Below, piece by piece: positions 30,075 through 40,350 of a stretch of DNA of 63,032 nucleotides (the stretch's first letter is position 1; each line of letters opens with the position of its first letter). The DNA comes from an uncultured Lentisphaerales bacterium. Its GTDB lineage: Bacteria > Verrucomicrobiota > Lentisphaeria > JABSQK01 > CAJWLW01. The translations under genes and the position numbers were made by a program. The notes under the pieces are model-generated. The model searched no databases and had not been told where the DNA came from. It saw only the letters and a program-made list of their open reading frames with translations. The stretch lies in assembly GCA_964460215.1 (NCBI GenBank), contig CAYWQM010000015.1, forward strand, positions 1 through 63,032, in the 5' to 3' direction.

Positions 30075-31244
30075 CTATTTCTCGATGAATTTGGCGATCC
30101 GCGCCATTGCTTCCTCGATATTCTTCATGCTGGTGGCATATGAGCATCGAATGAAGCCCTCTCCGGAGCTGCTGAAGGCGACGCCGGGAACGACGGCGAC
30201 CTTTTGTTCATGCAGCAGACCGTGGGCAAATTCAGTCGCGGTCAGGCCGGTAGAGGTGATATTCGGATAGACATAGAAGGCCCCTTCCGGTGGTGTGCAG
30301 TGCAGCCCCATGTCGTTGAACCTCTTGACGATGACGTTGCGGCGCTGGTAGTATTCCTCTTTCATCGCCTCCATGTCGGCACGGCCGTTGCGGAAGGCCT
30401 CGATTGCAGCTTCCTGTGCCACGATCGAAGCGCAAAGCATCGAGTACTGGTGGATTTTCATCATTGCCTCGATCAGTTCCGGCGGACCGCAAGCGTAACC
30501 GATGCGAAAGCCCGTCATGGCGTAGGCCTTGCTCATGCCGTGCAGGAAAATTGTGCGCTCTCGCATGCCGGGGAATGCCGCAATGCTCTGGCAGGCTTCG
30601 CCCCAGGTGAGCTCGGCGTAAATCTCATCGGTGATGACCAACAGGTCATGCTGCACTGCAACCTGCGCAACCAGCTTTTTCTGTTCGAATGACAGATTGG
30701 CGCCAGTCGGGTTGTTGGGAAAGTTCAGCAGGATAGCCTTTGTTTTTTTGGTGATTGCTTGCTCCAGCTTGTCCGGTTCGAGGGTGAACGCTTCGGATTC
30801 GACCGTCTGGACCGGTACTGGGACCGCGTGTGCCATCTGGATGCTTGGAGCGTAGGAGACGTAGCATGGCTCGTGGTACACCACCTCGTCGCCCGGATCG
30901 AGGATGGCGCGAAGAATCAGGTCGAGTGCCTCGCTCACCCCTACTGTGACGATGCATTCCGTAGCGGCGTGATAGCGTACGCCGAAATTGGCAGCTACAT
31001 AATCGCAGGCAGCTTCACGCAGTCGCAGCAGCCCGAGGTTGGAAGTATAATTCGTGTGGCCCTTCTCGAGTGCGTAGATGGTCGCTTCCCGTATGCCCCA
31101 GGGGGTCGCAAAGTCGGGTTCTCCCACGCCGAGAGAAATGACGTCGTCCATCTCGTTGACCAGCTCGAAAAAATCGCGAATTCCCGAGCGTGGCAGTGCT
31201 GCGATGTGTGTGGCGAGCCACTTTGATTGTTCGTTTTTCGACAT
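30075..31244 (-). CDS. PLP-dependent aminotransferase class I/II (AlaT/YugH-like)
   Basis: LGVGEPDF, PNNPTG, DEIYAE, SKAYAMTGFRIG. Confidence 0.93.
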   Translation of the reverse strand: MSKNEQSKWLATHIAALPRSGIRDFFELVNEMDDVISLGVGEPDFATPWGIREATIYALEKGHTNYTSNLGLLRLREAACDYVAANFGVRYHAATECIVTVGVSEALDLILRAILDPGDEVVYHEPCYVSYAPSIQMAHAVPVPVQTVESEAFTLEPDKLEQAITKKTKAILLNFPNNPTGANLSFEQKKLVAQVAVQHDLLVITDEIYAELTWGEACQSIAAFPGMRERTIFLHGMSKAYAMTGFRIGYACGPPELIEAMMKIHQYSMLCASIVAQEAAIEAFRNGRADMEAMKEEYYQRRNVIVKRFNDMGLHCTPPEGAFYVYPNITSTGLTATEFAHGLLHEQKVAVVPGVAFSSSGEGFIRCSYATSMKNIEEAMARIAKFIEK

Positions 31245-31297
31245 GTTCCCTTGCGTTGAAAAAGATTAGAGCCGGCAGTCACCGGTTTTTGAGCTCG

Positions 31298-31780
31298 TCA
31301 AGGCGTTACGCTGAGCCTTTCGTAATCTTCCTCGTCGTCAGCGGTGAAGCCGCATTCCTTGTACTTCTTCAGCATGAAATGTGTCCGTGTCGAAGTGACG
31401 CCGTCCATCGGCGCCAGTTTGCTGGATACAAACCCAGCGATGTCCTGCAGTGAGTCGCCGACAATCATGAGTTGAAGATCATAGTTGCCGGACACCAGCA
31501 TGACGTCGGAGACCTGTGAGAACTTACTGATCTTACGGGCGATATTGTCGAAACCGTCGTCACGTTCTGGTTGCACGGAGACCTCGATCAGGGCGCGAAC
31601 AGGGGGCTTGTCGAAGGCTTCTTCATTGACCAGGGCGCAGTAGCCGTAGATCGTCTTGCCCTTTTCACATTCCTCGATGATTCCGGTCACAGTCGCCACA
31701 TCGGTGGCCAGGCGATCGGCAATTTCGGATGCGGATAAGCGGGCATCTTTCTTTAACAGATTGAGAATTTTTTCCTTCAT
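31298..31780 (-). CDS. Lrp/AsnC family transcriptional regulator
   Basis: N-terminal HTH and VSGNYDL; paired with a class I aminotransferase as in yugG-yugH. Confidence 0.92.
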   Translation of the reverse strand: MKEKILNLLKKDARLSASEIADRLATDVATVTGIIEECEKGKTIYGYCALVNEEAFDKPPVRALIEVSVQPERDDGFDNIARKISKFSQVSDVMLVSGNYDLQLMIVGDSLQDIAGFVSSKLAPMDGVTSTRTHFMLKKYKECGFTADDEEDYERLSVTP

Positions 31781-32394
31781 GGTACCAACTCCGGTATGTG
31801 CAGTTCCTGGCCGATGATGATGAGGTCAGACTCGAGATTGTTTCGTTCCTTGATTGTAGCGACAGATGCGTTGAATGCCAGCGCAATGGCACTCAGTGTG
31901 TCGCCTTTCGCAACGGTGTATGTTCGGTTGCCCGCCTTCGGTTGGCTGGTATCGGGTACTGGCGTTGGAGCCGTAGTGGTGCTGGAGACAATCAGAAACC
32001 TGACAGTTTCGGCCAGTTTTCGATCAGCGGCATCTCGGGACTTTGCCTCCGCTTCGATCTGCTGACTGAGAGCTTCGATGTTCTCAGCGAGCATTACGCT
32101 TAATTGCTGATTGCCGAGAGCGATACTCTGCTGCTGGCTTTCGAGGCGTTTAAGCTGTTTCTGTAGGCGGGTTACATAGTCGCGTGAAGCCTGCAATTCG
32201 CCACTCAGCTTGTTGAGTTGCTCGTCGCGTACTCTGAGGTCCTCACGATAGGCGGCCCGCTGGGCGTTGATCTCGTGAATGATCTCGGCCTTGAAAGTGT
32301 GCATCTCGACGCTGCCATCGAGCCCGGCCGGGGCCGCTAAGAGAGTGGCAGGGAAGAGCATGGCGAAACAAAGCCGTTGTATACGATTTTTCAT
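31777..32394 (-). CDS. Secreted coiled-coil LysM domain protein
   Basis: Signal peptide, coiled coil, YTVAKGDTLSAIA...IIIGQELHIP. Confidence 0.88.
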   Translation of the reverse strand: MKNRIQRLCFAMLFPATLLAAPAGLDGSVEMHTFKAEIIHEINAQRAAYREDLRVRDEQLNKLSGELQASRDYVTRLQKQLKRLESQQQSIALGNQQLSVMLAENIEALSQQIEAEAKSRDAADRKLAETVRFLIVSSTTTAPTPVPDTSQPKAGNRTYTVAKGDTLSAIALAFNASVATIKERNNLESDLIIIGQELHIPELVP

Positions 32395-32402
32395 CGTCAA
32401 TC

Positions 32403-33209
32403 TCAATTGTTGACCAGTTGTCGGATAAGGACTACAGCACCTGCGGCCAGACAATAGTAGCCGAAATGCGACAGTTTGCCGCGAAGTATTATGTGCAGCA
32501 AAAACGACAGCGACAAATAGCCAACGATCATAGCCACGACAAATCCGATGGCGAGCACCTCCAGCGGGACGCTGATTGCAGCCGCGTCGGCCTGTGAATG
32601 CTGGGAGATTAGTTCAACCAGTTCGGCACTGGCGATGGCTGGGATCGCCAGCAGGAATGAGAACTTTGCCGCACTGGCAGCATCGATCCCGAGCCGTGTG
32701 GCGATAGCTATCGTGGCGCCGCTGCGCGAAATTCCGGGCACCATTGCCAGGCATTGCATGAGTCCGATACAAATCGCAGTACGCCAGGTAATTGATTTTG
32801 CTGTTGCAGTGTTTGCAGTGTTCGCAGTGTTTGCAGTCGGCCGATGTACGAATAACAGAACAATGCCAGTAATGATGAGGCCGCCGCCTGTCAGCCAGGG
32901 GTCCTGATAGATTTCCTTGACCCACGACCGAAGAAGCACGCCGGGAAACGCCAGCGGCAGTGTCCCGATAAAGAGCAAGCCGATCATGTGCCTGTTCTTT
33001 GGCTGCATGAGAGCCGTGATCTCGCGCCGATAACAGACGATAATGGCGACCAGGGTGCCGCTGTGCAGGACCAAATTGATGAACAGGTGGTCGTGCTCGA
33101 CGCCGAGCCCGAGCTGCAGAAGGTTCAAGTGCCCCGAGGAACTGACCGGTAAAAACTCAGTGATCCCCTGAACTATCGCAAGCAGTACAATCTTGAGCGT
33201 TTCGGTCAA
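32403..33209 (-). CDS. uppP: Undecaprenyl-diphosphate phosphatase
   Basis: QGITEFLPVSSSGHL, PGISRSGAT, FSFLLAIP. Confidence 0.95.
   Translation of the reverse strand: MTETLKIVLLAIVQGITEFLPVSSSGHLNLLQLGLGVEHDHLFINLVLHSGTLVAIIVCYRREITALMQPKNRHMIGLLFIGTLPLAFPGVLLRSWVKEIYQDPWLTGGGLIITGIVLLFVHRPTANTANTANTATAKSITWRTAICIGLMQCLAMVPGISRSGATIAIATRLGIDAASAAKFSFLLAIPAIASAELVELISQHSQADAAAISVPLEVLAIGFVVAMIVGYLSLSFLLHIILRGKLSHFGYYCLAAGAVVLIRQLVNN
32802..32837. repeat. 9-bp tandem repeat x4 (GTTTGCAGT-like) inside uppP, encoding TAN-TAN-TAN-TAT
   Basis: tgttgcagt gtttgcagt gttcgcagt gtttgcagt. Confidence 0.85.
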
Positions 33210-33306
33210 GGGGCGGCGGACCGGATGGGGGCGTGGGGGACGAGGCGGCGGTTGAAAAAAGCACAGTCATGCAGCAATGCAAAGATAGAGCTTTTCGAGC
33301 TGCCAA

Positions 33307-34548
33307 TCATTTGTCGCGGATTTGTCCCGCACATGCCAGGCTCAATGCTTCGACGCTCTGGACTTCTACGAATCCCTGGGAACTGACCGGGTTAAGCCCT
33401 TCGCTGGCTTCCATGGAAGAATCGGCTTCATTGTACAGATTCGCCGCACAGTCGGTCAGTGACTGAAAGTAGATATTACCTTTGTACAGTCCGACGGTTA
33501 CCGTAGCTGTTGCAAACTCCGCAAATACGTCGATAGCCGCGCGTGCTGCGCGAGTTGCAGGGTCGAACCAGCGGCCGTCATAAATCTGATCTGCAATGAA
33601 ACTGGATAAACTCCGAAACACGGCGGTTGCGCGTCGGTCGAGAACGGCCTGATAGACCTGCAAAAGGCAGAACCCGAGGAGTTCCATGCCGGGAGCCTCG
33701 TAGACACCACGGCTTTTGGTGCCCACAACCCGGTTCTCCAAAGCGTTCTTCATGCCGATGCCGTTGCGTCCGGCGATATCGTTGGCTGTGCGCATGCCGG
33801 AGAGGGGAGTTACCGCTTCGCCGTTGATCGCCACTACCCGTCCATTTTCGAAGCGGATAGTGATATTTTCGATCTTGTCGGGGGCGTCGTGTGGCCACAC
33901 TCCCATCGTTGGTTCGACGATGGTTGACGGCGTATCGAGGCTTTCGAGATCTTCAGCCTCATGCGAAAGCCCAGCAAGGTTGGCATCGGTTGAGTAGCGC
34001 TTCTTATCGCCGACGTCGGATTCGATGCCGAATTTCATCAGGTACTCGGCCATTTGCTTGCGGCCGGGAAACTCTTCGAGCAGACCCGCATCGCGCCAGG
34101 GTGCGTACACCCGCATTCCCGGTGCCAGGACGTTGGTGTAGCGTTCGAAGCGGACCTGGTCGTTGCCCCGTCCGGTGGCGCCATGGGCCAGGGTCGTGCA
34201 GCCGTGCGTCTTCATTTCGTCGATCAGGCCGCGTACCGTCACGGCGCGAGCGATACCGGTCGTGTTCCAGTAGCCGCCGTCGTAGGTGGCCTGCGCCTTG
34301 ATGACTTCATAGCAGGCCTCGGCCATGTCGTCCTTGAGATCGACGATAAAGGTGTCGGCGCCGCAAGGTGCCATCTTCTCGACGATATCATTGATGTCGG
34401 CTTCGTCCGGTTGGTCGAGGTCGGCAGAGAAGCAGACGACATCGATGCCGAGTTCCAGCAGCTTTTTGGTAATAGTGCGGCTGTCGAGTCCGCCGGACAC
34501 GCAGATGCCCAACCGCTCGCCTGCGAGCGTGTCAATAGAGTTCTTCAT
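33307..34548 (-). CDS. argG: Argininosuccinate synthase
   Basis: SGGLDS, HGATGRGNDQVRF, YSTDANL, ENRVVGTKSRGVYEAPG. Confidence 0.96.
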   Translation of the reverse strand: MKNSIDTLAGERLGICVSGGLDSRTITKKLLELGIDVVCFSADLDQPDEADINDIVEKMAPCGADTFIVDLKDDMAEACYEVIKAQATYDGGYWNTTGIARAVTVRGLIDEMKTHGCTTLAHGATGRGNDQVRFERYTNVLAPGMRVYAPWRDAGLLEEFPGRKQMAEYLMKFGIESDVGDKKRYSTDANLAGLSHEAEDLESLDTPSTIVEPTMGVWPHDAPDKIENITIRFENGRVVAINGEAVTPLSGMRTANDIAGRNGIGMKNALENRVVGTKSRGVYEAPGMELLGFCLLQVYQAVLDRRATAVFRSLSSFIADQIYDGRWFDPATRAARAAIDVFAEFATATVTVGLYKGNIYFQSLTDCAANLYNEADSSMEASEGLNPVSSQGFVEVQSVEALSLACAGQIRDK

Positions 34549-34599
34549 AGGGCAGACGGGGCGGGATTATTGCGGATACTTGTTCTGCTATCGTGACCG

Positions 34600-35259
34600 T
34601 TACTCAAGAATGTTCCCGAGGGTGTCCGGATGATTCGGAAAAGGAAAAGAGATGATGTCAGTGGCACTGTTCCACAAGCTGCTGCTGCTGGCCCATATGC
34701 CCTTGGACAAGCCGGATACCGGTTTTCCCTCACAGGCCTGTCCACTGGTGTAGTGGAAGAAGTCCTCTGGTATGACAACGGCATTGCTGACGCCACGAAA
34801 GGCTTTGTTTTCCATGCGCTTCGAGGCCGACGGCAGGTCCATGGGAGACGGTTCGACATTGAGTTGGTAGGCAAATGTCGAGTCATAGTTGGTGCCGTAA
34901 CCTTCGTTGCTGGAAGGATCGATAGCCCAGAAACCAGCAAGCTCACTGGCGCCGGTTATCAAGCGCCCGGTGCCGTGGAGAACACCTCGGCCCAGGCCGA
35001 AGATACCGCCAAATAATTTGTTCCCGACGCCGGCAGTCTCCCCGCCTGCAGCACCTTGCCTGATGCCCCGCGTGGTCTGGACCGGAATCTCGAGCCAGCA
35101 GGTTGAGAGATTGATGACGCCACGCAGACCCTTCTGGGAGCGGGATCTTTCTTTGCCAACTTCTTCAGCAGCGCTGGCGTCGGGCTTGGCGAAGGTGTCG
35201 CTGTAACCGCCAGAGGCAATGAGGCACATGGCAAAAATCATAATAGGAAAACGAAACAT
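34600..35259 (-). CDS. Secreted/membrane protein with two TIGR04073-like ('KxxRGxxN...EIP') helical modules
   Basis: Signal peptide; KGLRGVINLSTCWLEIP and KAFRGVSNAVVIPED. Confidence 0.6.
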   Translation of the reverse strand: MFRFPIMIFAMCLIASGGYSDTFAKPDASAAEEVGKERSRSQKGLRGVINLSTCWLEIPVQTTRGIRQGAAGGETAGVGNKLFGGIFGLGRGVLHGTGRLITGASELAGFWAIDPSSNEGYGTNYDSTFAYQLNVEPSPMDLPSASKRMENKAFRGVSNAVVIPEDFFHYTSGQACEGKPVSGLSKGIWASSSSLWNSATDIISFPFPNHPDTLGNILE

Positions 35260-35326
35260 GGCAGCCTCTAACAGTTGGTTGACGAAAACAAGGTCGAATC
35301 AACGACGACATAAGCGCCGGGGGCGC

Positions 35327-36511
35327 TCAATGCATGCGCCAGTCGGTCTCGGCCAGGCCGGGTTCGAAGTAGAACTCCGGCTCGATAATCGGGTCGGTCT
35401 GCGTGGGGAACGTCAGTACCTCGTACGGACCAACGAAAACAGACCGGATTGCAGCCCGATAGAAGCCGCGGAAGATGCCTTCAGTTAATGCCGCTGAACC
35501 GCCTTTCTCTTCGTTGATACTTTGGATGTTTCGCGGTACCTCTAGCAGTCCGAAGACGATATTGTTGAGTCCGCGACCGAGCTTTCGACCCTTGTCACGG
35601 CCCGGTTCCGGATGCCAGTCATCCTTTTTGAAATCGAGCATAACCGTGCCGCCGATGAAGTCGAGGGCTTCATAGAACTCGAAGGCGATAAATGGATGTA
35701 CCAAGCCGAGTACGGCTTCAGCGCGGATAGCCGCTTCTTTGGAGCCGTCCATATGTTGGTCGAGTAGCGAAAGCATGTTCATTTCGCTCTCGCTCTGGTC
35801 AAACTGTTCAGCCAATAGTTCGTTGGCGCGGGATCTTGAAGTGTAACGCCGGAAATGCAGCGAATCGTCTTCGCTGGATTCCACGCGCCGGTCACCGAAG
35901 GCCGCCGTGGCATAGCCGTGCTTGACCTGATGGACCCGTTGCTTGTGGCCGGTGCCTGGAATCAGCTTGACGATGGCACTCGGCAACAGATACAGGTTTG
36001 ATGAGTTGCCTGTCGGAATGTTGATGCCGCCCTCGCCAAGTATTGGCTGCATGACAAGGGTGCTCGGTCCATCCATGCCAAACCAGCTCCAAGGCGACTC
36101 GGGGTTGGCTCCGTTTGAGCCGAAGATGTGGCGCTCGTTGCGCCACATCGCGAGATGCTCGCCACCGTAAAATGGGGAGCCGAACAGATTGGGGCCGAAT
36201 TCCCAGCCGTGACCGTCGTGCCCATGGTAGGCGATGCCTTTCTCGCGGGCGATATACATGGCTCCGAACGAGGCGTTTTCGGTTACCGCCAATTCGGCGC
36301 CGATTCCGATACTGCCAGCGATGCCGAAATGAACGATGTCGTTGAAGTCCATGACCCGGTTGTACGGATAAAAGAAAATCTTGACAAGAGAGCGCTCGAG
36401 TTTGCTTGCCTGGTAGGTTTCGGCCCGGACGCTGTCGGCGGTGCTTAGGCTGCCTATGATCAGAGCGGCCAAGAGGGTGGCGCGTACAGAAATGAGGGAG
36501 AAGTGGGTCAT
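35327..36511 (-). CDS. Secreted protein with C-terminal TIGR04073-like module
   Basis: Signal peptide; C-terminal RKLGRGLNNIVFGLLEVP...GPYEVLTFP...IIEPEF. Confidence 0.65.
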   Translation of the reverse strand: MTHFSLISVRATLLAALIIGSLSTADSVRAETYQASKLERSLVKIFFYPYNRVMDFNDIVHFGIAGSIGIGAELAVTENASFGAMYIAREKGIAYHGHDGHGWEFGPNLFGSPFYGGEHLAMWRNERHIFGSNGANPESPWSWFGMDGPSTLVMQPILGEGGINIPTGNSSNLYLLPSAIVKLIPGTGHKQRVHQVKHGYATAAFGDRRVESSEDDSLHFRRYTSRSRANELLAEQFDQSESEMNMLSLLDQHMDGSKEAAIRAEAVLGLVHPFIAFEFYEALDFIGGTVMLDFKKDDWHPEPGRDKGRKLGRGLNNIVFGLLEVPRNIQSINEEKGGSAALTEGIFRGFYRAAIRSVFVGPYEVLTFPTQTDPIIEPEFYFEPGLAETDWRMH

Positions 36512-36717
36512 ATTAAGGGTCCTTCCGCTGGTGAACTCATGTTTTTGAGTGTGTTTACTGGCCGGCAGACGGTAAAAAGATGTCCAGCCAAAACTCGGGG
36601 ATACTATAGTCCTGCCTCCAGTATCCTTGCAAGCGGCGCAGAATAAAATATTTACAGCTGGAATCGATAAATTGCGGCGTGGTCGCGATGGACGACTGAG
36701 GGGCATGGACAGGCAAT

Positions 36718-37443
36718 TTATTCTGCAGAATTCACCTTGCTGTCGGGGCCCTGGCCTTCGTGGATTGCGGCCAGTGCAGCCCTTGCGGCATTTTCTTCCG
36801 CGGTCTGGCGCTTGCCTGCCTGGCCCTGGCCGTAGCAGCGATCGCCGATCATTACGTTGATCGTATGCGTGCGGTCGTGGTCGGGGCCGCTCACGTTCTT
36901 GAGTTCATAGACGGGCTTGAGGTGCAGTTCACGTTGAGTCCACTCCTGCAGCTCACCTTTAGGGTTCTCTCCCTGCAGTAATTGGTGTACATCATCGCAA
37001 TACCGGTCGATCAGCTCGTTGAGCAGCCGTGCCGGCGGCTCGAGATTGTTGTCGCTGTCCAGGTATATCGCTCCGATCAGGGCCTCAAAAGCGTCGCATA
37101 GGATGGAGTCGCGTTCGTCGCCGTGATTCTGCTTCTCTCCCTGCCCGAGCCGCAGGTACTTGCCCAGCTCGATCAACCGCGCCAGGCCTGCCAACGTCGG
37201 CTGTTTGCTTAGGGCCGCCCGGATTTTTGTCAGTGTGCCTTCCGGTTCCAGCGGCAGCGCCCGGTAGAGGCGATCCGTGACGATGATTTGAATGACCGCA
37301 TCCCCGAGAAACTCTAACCGCTGGTTGTCGGCGGGGGTGTTTGGATACTCCGCACGAAAAGACGGATGTGTCAGCGCTTCGAGCTGTAATGCGGAATTGC
37401 GGAACTCATACTGGATAGCGAGCTGTAGATCGTTCATCGGCAT
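36718..37443 (-). CDS. rnc: Ribonuclease III
   Basis: NQRLEFLGDAV, DAFEALIGAIYLD, dsRBD (NPKGELQEW, GPDH). Confidence 0.97.
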   Translation of the reverse strand: MPMNDLQLAIQYEFRNSALQLEALTHPSFRAEYPNTPADNQRLEFLGDAVIQIIVTDRLYRALPLEPEGTLTKIRAALSKQPTLAGLARLIELGKYLRLGQGEKQNHGDERDSILCDAFEALIGAIYLDSDNNLEPPARLLNELIDRYCDDVHQLLQGENPKGELQEWTQRELHLKPVYELKNVSGPDHDRTHTINVMIGDRCYGQGQAGKRQTAEENAARAALAAIHEGQGPDSKVNSAE

Positions 37444-37533
37444 GGATTCGAAGGGCTTTCAGGTTTCAGGGCTGTCGACTACAAGGTGATGCGCGTTGAC
37501 CTCATTCCCCGGGCCTGAGGGAAGATCATTTTC

Positions 37534-39240
37534 TCACGCTGAACGCACTTCCTGCAGTTGGACCTGCGGGTGACAGTTGCCCTGGTACTCGTTCAGTTCC
37601 GGGCAGGCGGCAACATCCCAGGGGCTTTCAGGAAAATCCTCGGGTACCTGGCCGAAGGCGATGAACGGCATGTCGACCCCGGTGCCGTCAGTCAGGGTGC
37701 CGCGGGTGTTGCGGCTGCCGGCGAGTTGCAGGCGGTCGCACTTCACGTGGCGGAACCGAAAGCGTGGCGCCGGATGACTGTGCCCGAATGGCTGCAGATC
37801 CTCGAGCTCGGCGAAGAACTGGTCGTCGAGTAGATCGAAGCGGATGTCCCCCTCAAGCTTCAGGCGCTGCTTGAAGCTTGAGGGGCTGGCGGCGCTCTGA
37901 AGACGGATGTTTTCCTCGAAAGCACTGTCGAATCGTGGCAGGTTCTTTTCGTGCAAGCTCACGCCACTGGCCATCGGGTGGCCGCCGTATCGGGTCAGGT
38001 GTTCCTGGCAAGCGGTGAGTGCCTCGACCAGGTTGATTCCATCTATGCTTCGCCCGGAACCGTTGGCTTCGCCGTCGTTGTTGATGCTCAGCACGACGCA
38101 CGGGCGATGGTAGCTTTGCACCAGTCGCGAGGCGACGATGCCGATAACCCCGAGATGCCAACCGCGGCCGTATACGACGATCGCGGCTTTGTTAGACAGC
38201 TCGCGGTCGATGATTTGTGCCTCGGCTGCAGCCAGCGTCTCCTGCTCCTGCAACTGCCGGTCGCGATTGTAGTTATTCAGAATGTCTGCCAGGGTGTGGG
38301 CCTCGACAATGCTCTCGCACTGCAACAGCTTCACGGCGTCCGTGGCATCCCCCATACGCCCCGCGGCATTGAGCCGCGGCGCCAGGCGATAGGTAATGTC
38401 TGTTGCCTTGATGCGTTGCTGCAGCTTTGCCGTCTCGCACAGCGCCCGGATGCCCGGGCGCCGTTGCGCCGCCAGAACGCGCATGCCGTGTTTCACCAGG
38501 CAGCGATTCTCACCGACTAACGGCACAATGTCCGCCACTGTGCCGAGCGCCACCAGGTCGAGTCCTTCCTTGAGGTCGACGGACATGCCGCTGATGTTGC
38601 TTTCCAAGCCATACTTCAGGAAAGCATGGCACAGTTTGAAGGTAACTCCGACCCCGGCGAGGTTGTGTAGATCCTGGAGATTGTCGTAGAGTTTTGGATT
38701 GATTACTGTGTGGGCGGGGGGCAGGATCTCACGCGGTTCGTGGTGGTCGCAGATGATCACGTCGATGCCGAGTTCGTTGGCTGCGACGGTAGCCTCGTAA
38801 CTGTTGATTCCACAGTCGACAGTGATCAGTAGGCATGGACTGCCTGCTGCAGCTTTGACTACGGACTGCGGCGTCAGGCCATAGCCATCTTCCGTGCGGT
38901 GCGGAATGAAACAGCGTACCTTGGCGCCGCTTTCGCGCAGAACCCAGGCGAGTAACGTGGTGGAGGTCACGCCATCGACGTCGTAGTCCCCATGGATGAT
39001 GATCTGTTCACGCTCGCGAACGGCTTGCCAGATTCGACCGGCGGCACGTTCCATGCCCAACATGAGATAGGGGTCGCTTAAGTTGCTCAGGCGCGGCCGC
39101 AGGAAACTCTCGACTTCGTCCAGAGGTGTGCGGCGATTGGCCATGACCATGGCTGCCGGGCGTGAGAGGCCGTAGTCCCCGATCAGTTGTGAAAGAACAT
39201 CATCGTCTTGTGTGGCAATATCCCATATTAGATCCGCCAT
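37534..39240 (-). CDS. recJ: Single-stranded DNA exonuclease RecJ
   Basis: GDYDVDG, GYGL, TVDCG, CDHH, GTVAD, PRLNAAGR, GSGRS, GGHPMASG. Confidence 0.97.
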   Translation of the reverse strand: MADLIWDIATQDDDVLSQLIGDYGLSRPAAMVMANRRTPLDEVESFLRPRLSNLSDPYLMLGMERAAGRIWQAVREREQIIIHGDYDVDGVTSTTLLAWVLRESGAKVRCFIPHRTEDGYGLTPQSVVKAAAGSPCLLITVDCGINSYEATVAANELGIDVIICDHHEPREILPPAHTVINPKLYDNLQDLHNLAGVGVTFKLCHAFLKYGLESNISGMSVDLKEGLDLVALGTVADIVPLVGENRCLVKHGMRVLAAQRRPGIRALCETAKLQQRIKATDITYRLAPRLNAAGRMGDATDAVKLLQCESIVEAHTLADILNNYNRDRQLQEQETLAAAEAQIIDRELSNKAAIVVYGRGWHLGVIGIVASRLVQSYHRPCVVLSINNDGEANGSGRSIDGINLVEALTACQEHLTRYGGHPMASGVSLHEKNLPRFDSAFEENIRLQSAASPSSFKQRLKLEGDIRFDLLDDQFFAELEDLQPFGHSHPAPRFRFRHVKCDRLQLAGSRNTRGTLTDGTGVDMPFIAFGQVPEDFPESPWDVAACPELNEYQGNCHPQVQLQEVRSA

Positions 39241-39429
39241 CAGGTTCCCTGTCAGGTTATTGTTGTCGCTCGTTGACGTTCAATATAGCGCGTGTCCGCG
39301 ATTCCGCCCGACCACGATTTTTCGCTGAAGACCGGTGTTTCATGTCACACTGAAAACTGTCGCATGGCGAATGTTTGAATTTTTTTGCACCTGCTAAATT
39401 CACCAGCCACCGAGGCTGCGGCTGTAGTC

Positions 39430-39459
39430 TTTTTATTGGAATGATTATTCCAATAAAAA
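39430..39459. promoter_or_regulatory. Perfect 13-bp AT-rich inverted repeat (terminator or operator)
   Basis: TTTTTATTGGAAT-GATT-ATTCCAATAAAAA, directly after the stop of the gcvP remnant and about 190 nt upstream of recJ. Confidence 0.6.
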
Positions 39460-39460
39460 A

Positions 39461-39790
39461 CTATGGCGACGGCTCGAGTGATGCCAGGTCCGGGTGGCGG
39501 GCAGCGCGAGTTTCGTCGAGGCGGGTCACCGGATAGGTGTGTGGTGCCTGCAGTAGCGAGTCCGGATCGGTTTCGATTCGCTCGAGGATTCTCAAAATCG
39601 CATCGACAAAATCGTCGAGTCCGGCGAGGTACCGGTTCACTTCGTATTCAGAGCGACCTTCGGGAATCGCCGAAAGGTCAGGTGCTGGTATGCCGACACC
39701 GGCTTGCTGCCAGAGGGTGTCGATGGAATCCACGCCGATAGTGGCGAGCATTTCCCGGCGGTCTTCGTCTGTATTCGCTATGTACGGCAT
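39461..39790 (-). pseudogene. gcvP: Chimeric remnant of glycine dehydrogenase: N-terminus of GcvPA fused in frame to C-terminus of GcvPB
   Basis: MPYIANTDEDRREMLATIGV..PEGRSEYEV (GcvPA start) joined to LDDFVDAI...APHTYPVTRLDETRAARHPDL (GcvPB end); 109 aa, with the PLP-binding cores absent. Confidence 0.88.
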
Positions 39791-39805
39791 AAGTGGTGCC
39801 GCGGA

Positions 39806-40174
39806 TCAACTGCCGGTGATGAATTCTTCGTATTCGGCATCGCTCATCAGCGCTTGTATCTCGTCTTCGTTGACGTTGTCGAGTTTACAAAGCCAGCCTT
39901 TTTCCTCGGGTGAATCGTTGACTACTTCCGGGCTGTCCTCGACAGCCGTGTTGACCGCGGAGATACGGCCTCCGACGGGGCTGTAAATGTCCGAGGCTGC
40001 CTTGACCGATTCAACCGTGCCGATGCTGTCACCCTGTTTGACATCCGTGTCGACTTCCGGAAGTTCGATGAATGTGATGTCCCCTAGTTCATGGGCGGCA
40101 TGCGCCGAAATGCCGACTGTTGCCAGGCCCTCTTCCAAGTTGATCCATTCATGTTCTTCGGTGTACTTCTTCAA
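39806..40174 (-). CDS. gcvH: Glycine cleavage system H protein (intact)
   Basis: [27 protein letters not shown] (lipoyl Lys), GWL. AGGAGG precedes TTG 40174 (alternative GTG 40180). Confidence 0.96.
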   Translation of the reverse strand: MKKYTEEHEWINLEEGLATVGISAHAAHELGDITFIELPEVDTDVKQGDSIGTVESVKAASDIYSPVGGRISAVNTAVEDSPEVVNDSPEEKGWLCKLDNVNEDEIQALMSDAEYEEFITGS

Positions 40175-40350
40175 TTGCACCTCCTGTTCGATTAACTGCA
40201 GAAATTTGTTGCGCGTTGCATTGTCATTCCGCTGTGCGGTATGATCGCGTTAGACGGATGCTGTATCGGCCGCGGGGCAGTGAAACCGTGCACAACCGAA
40301 TTAACGTGAATTTCAGAAAAATCAAGAGTCGGCGGGCAAAGTCTGCAATT

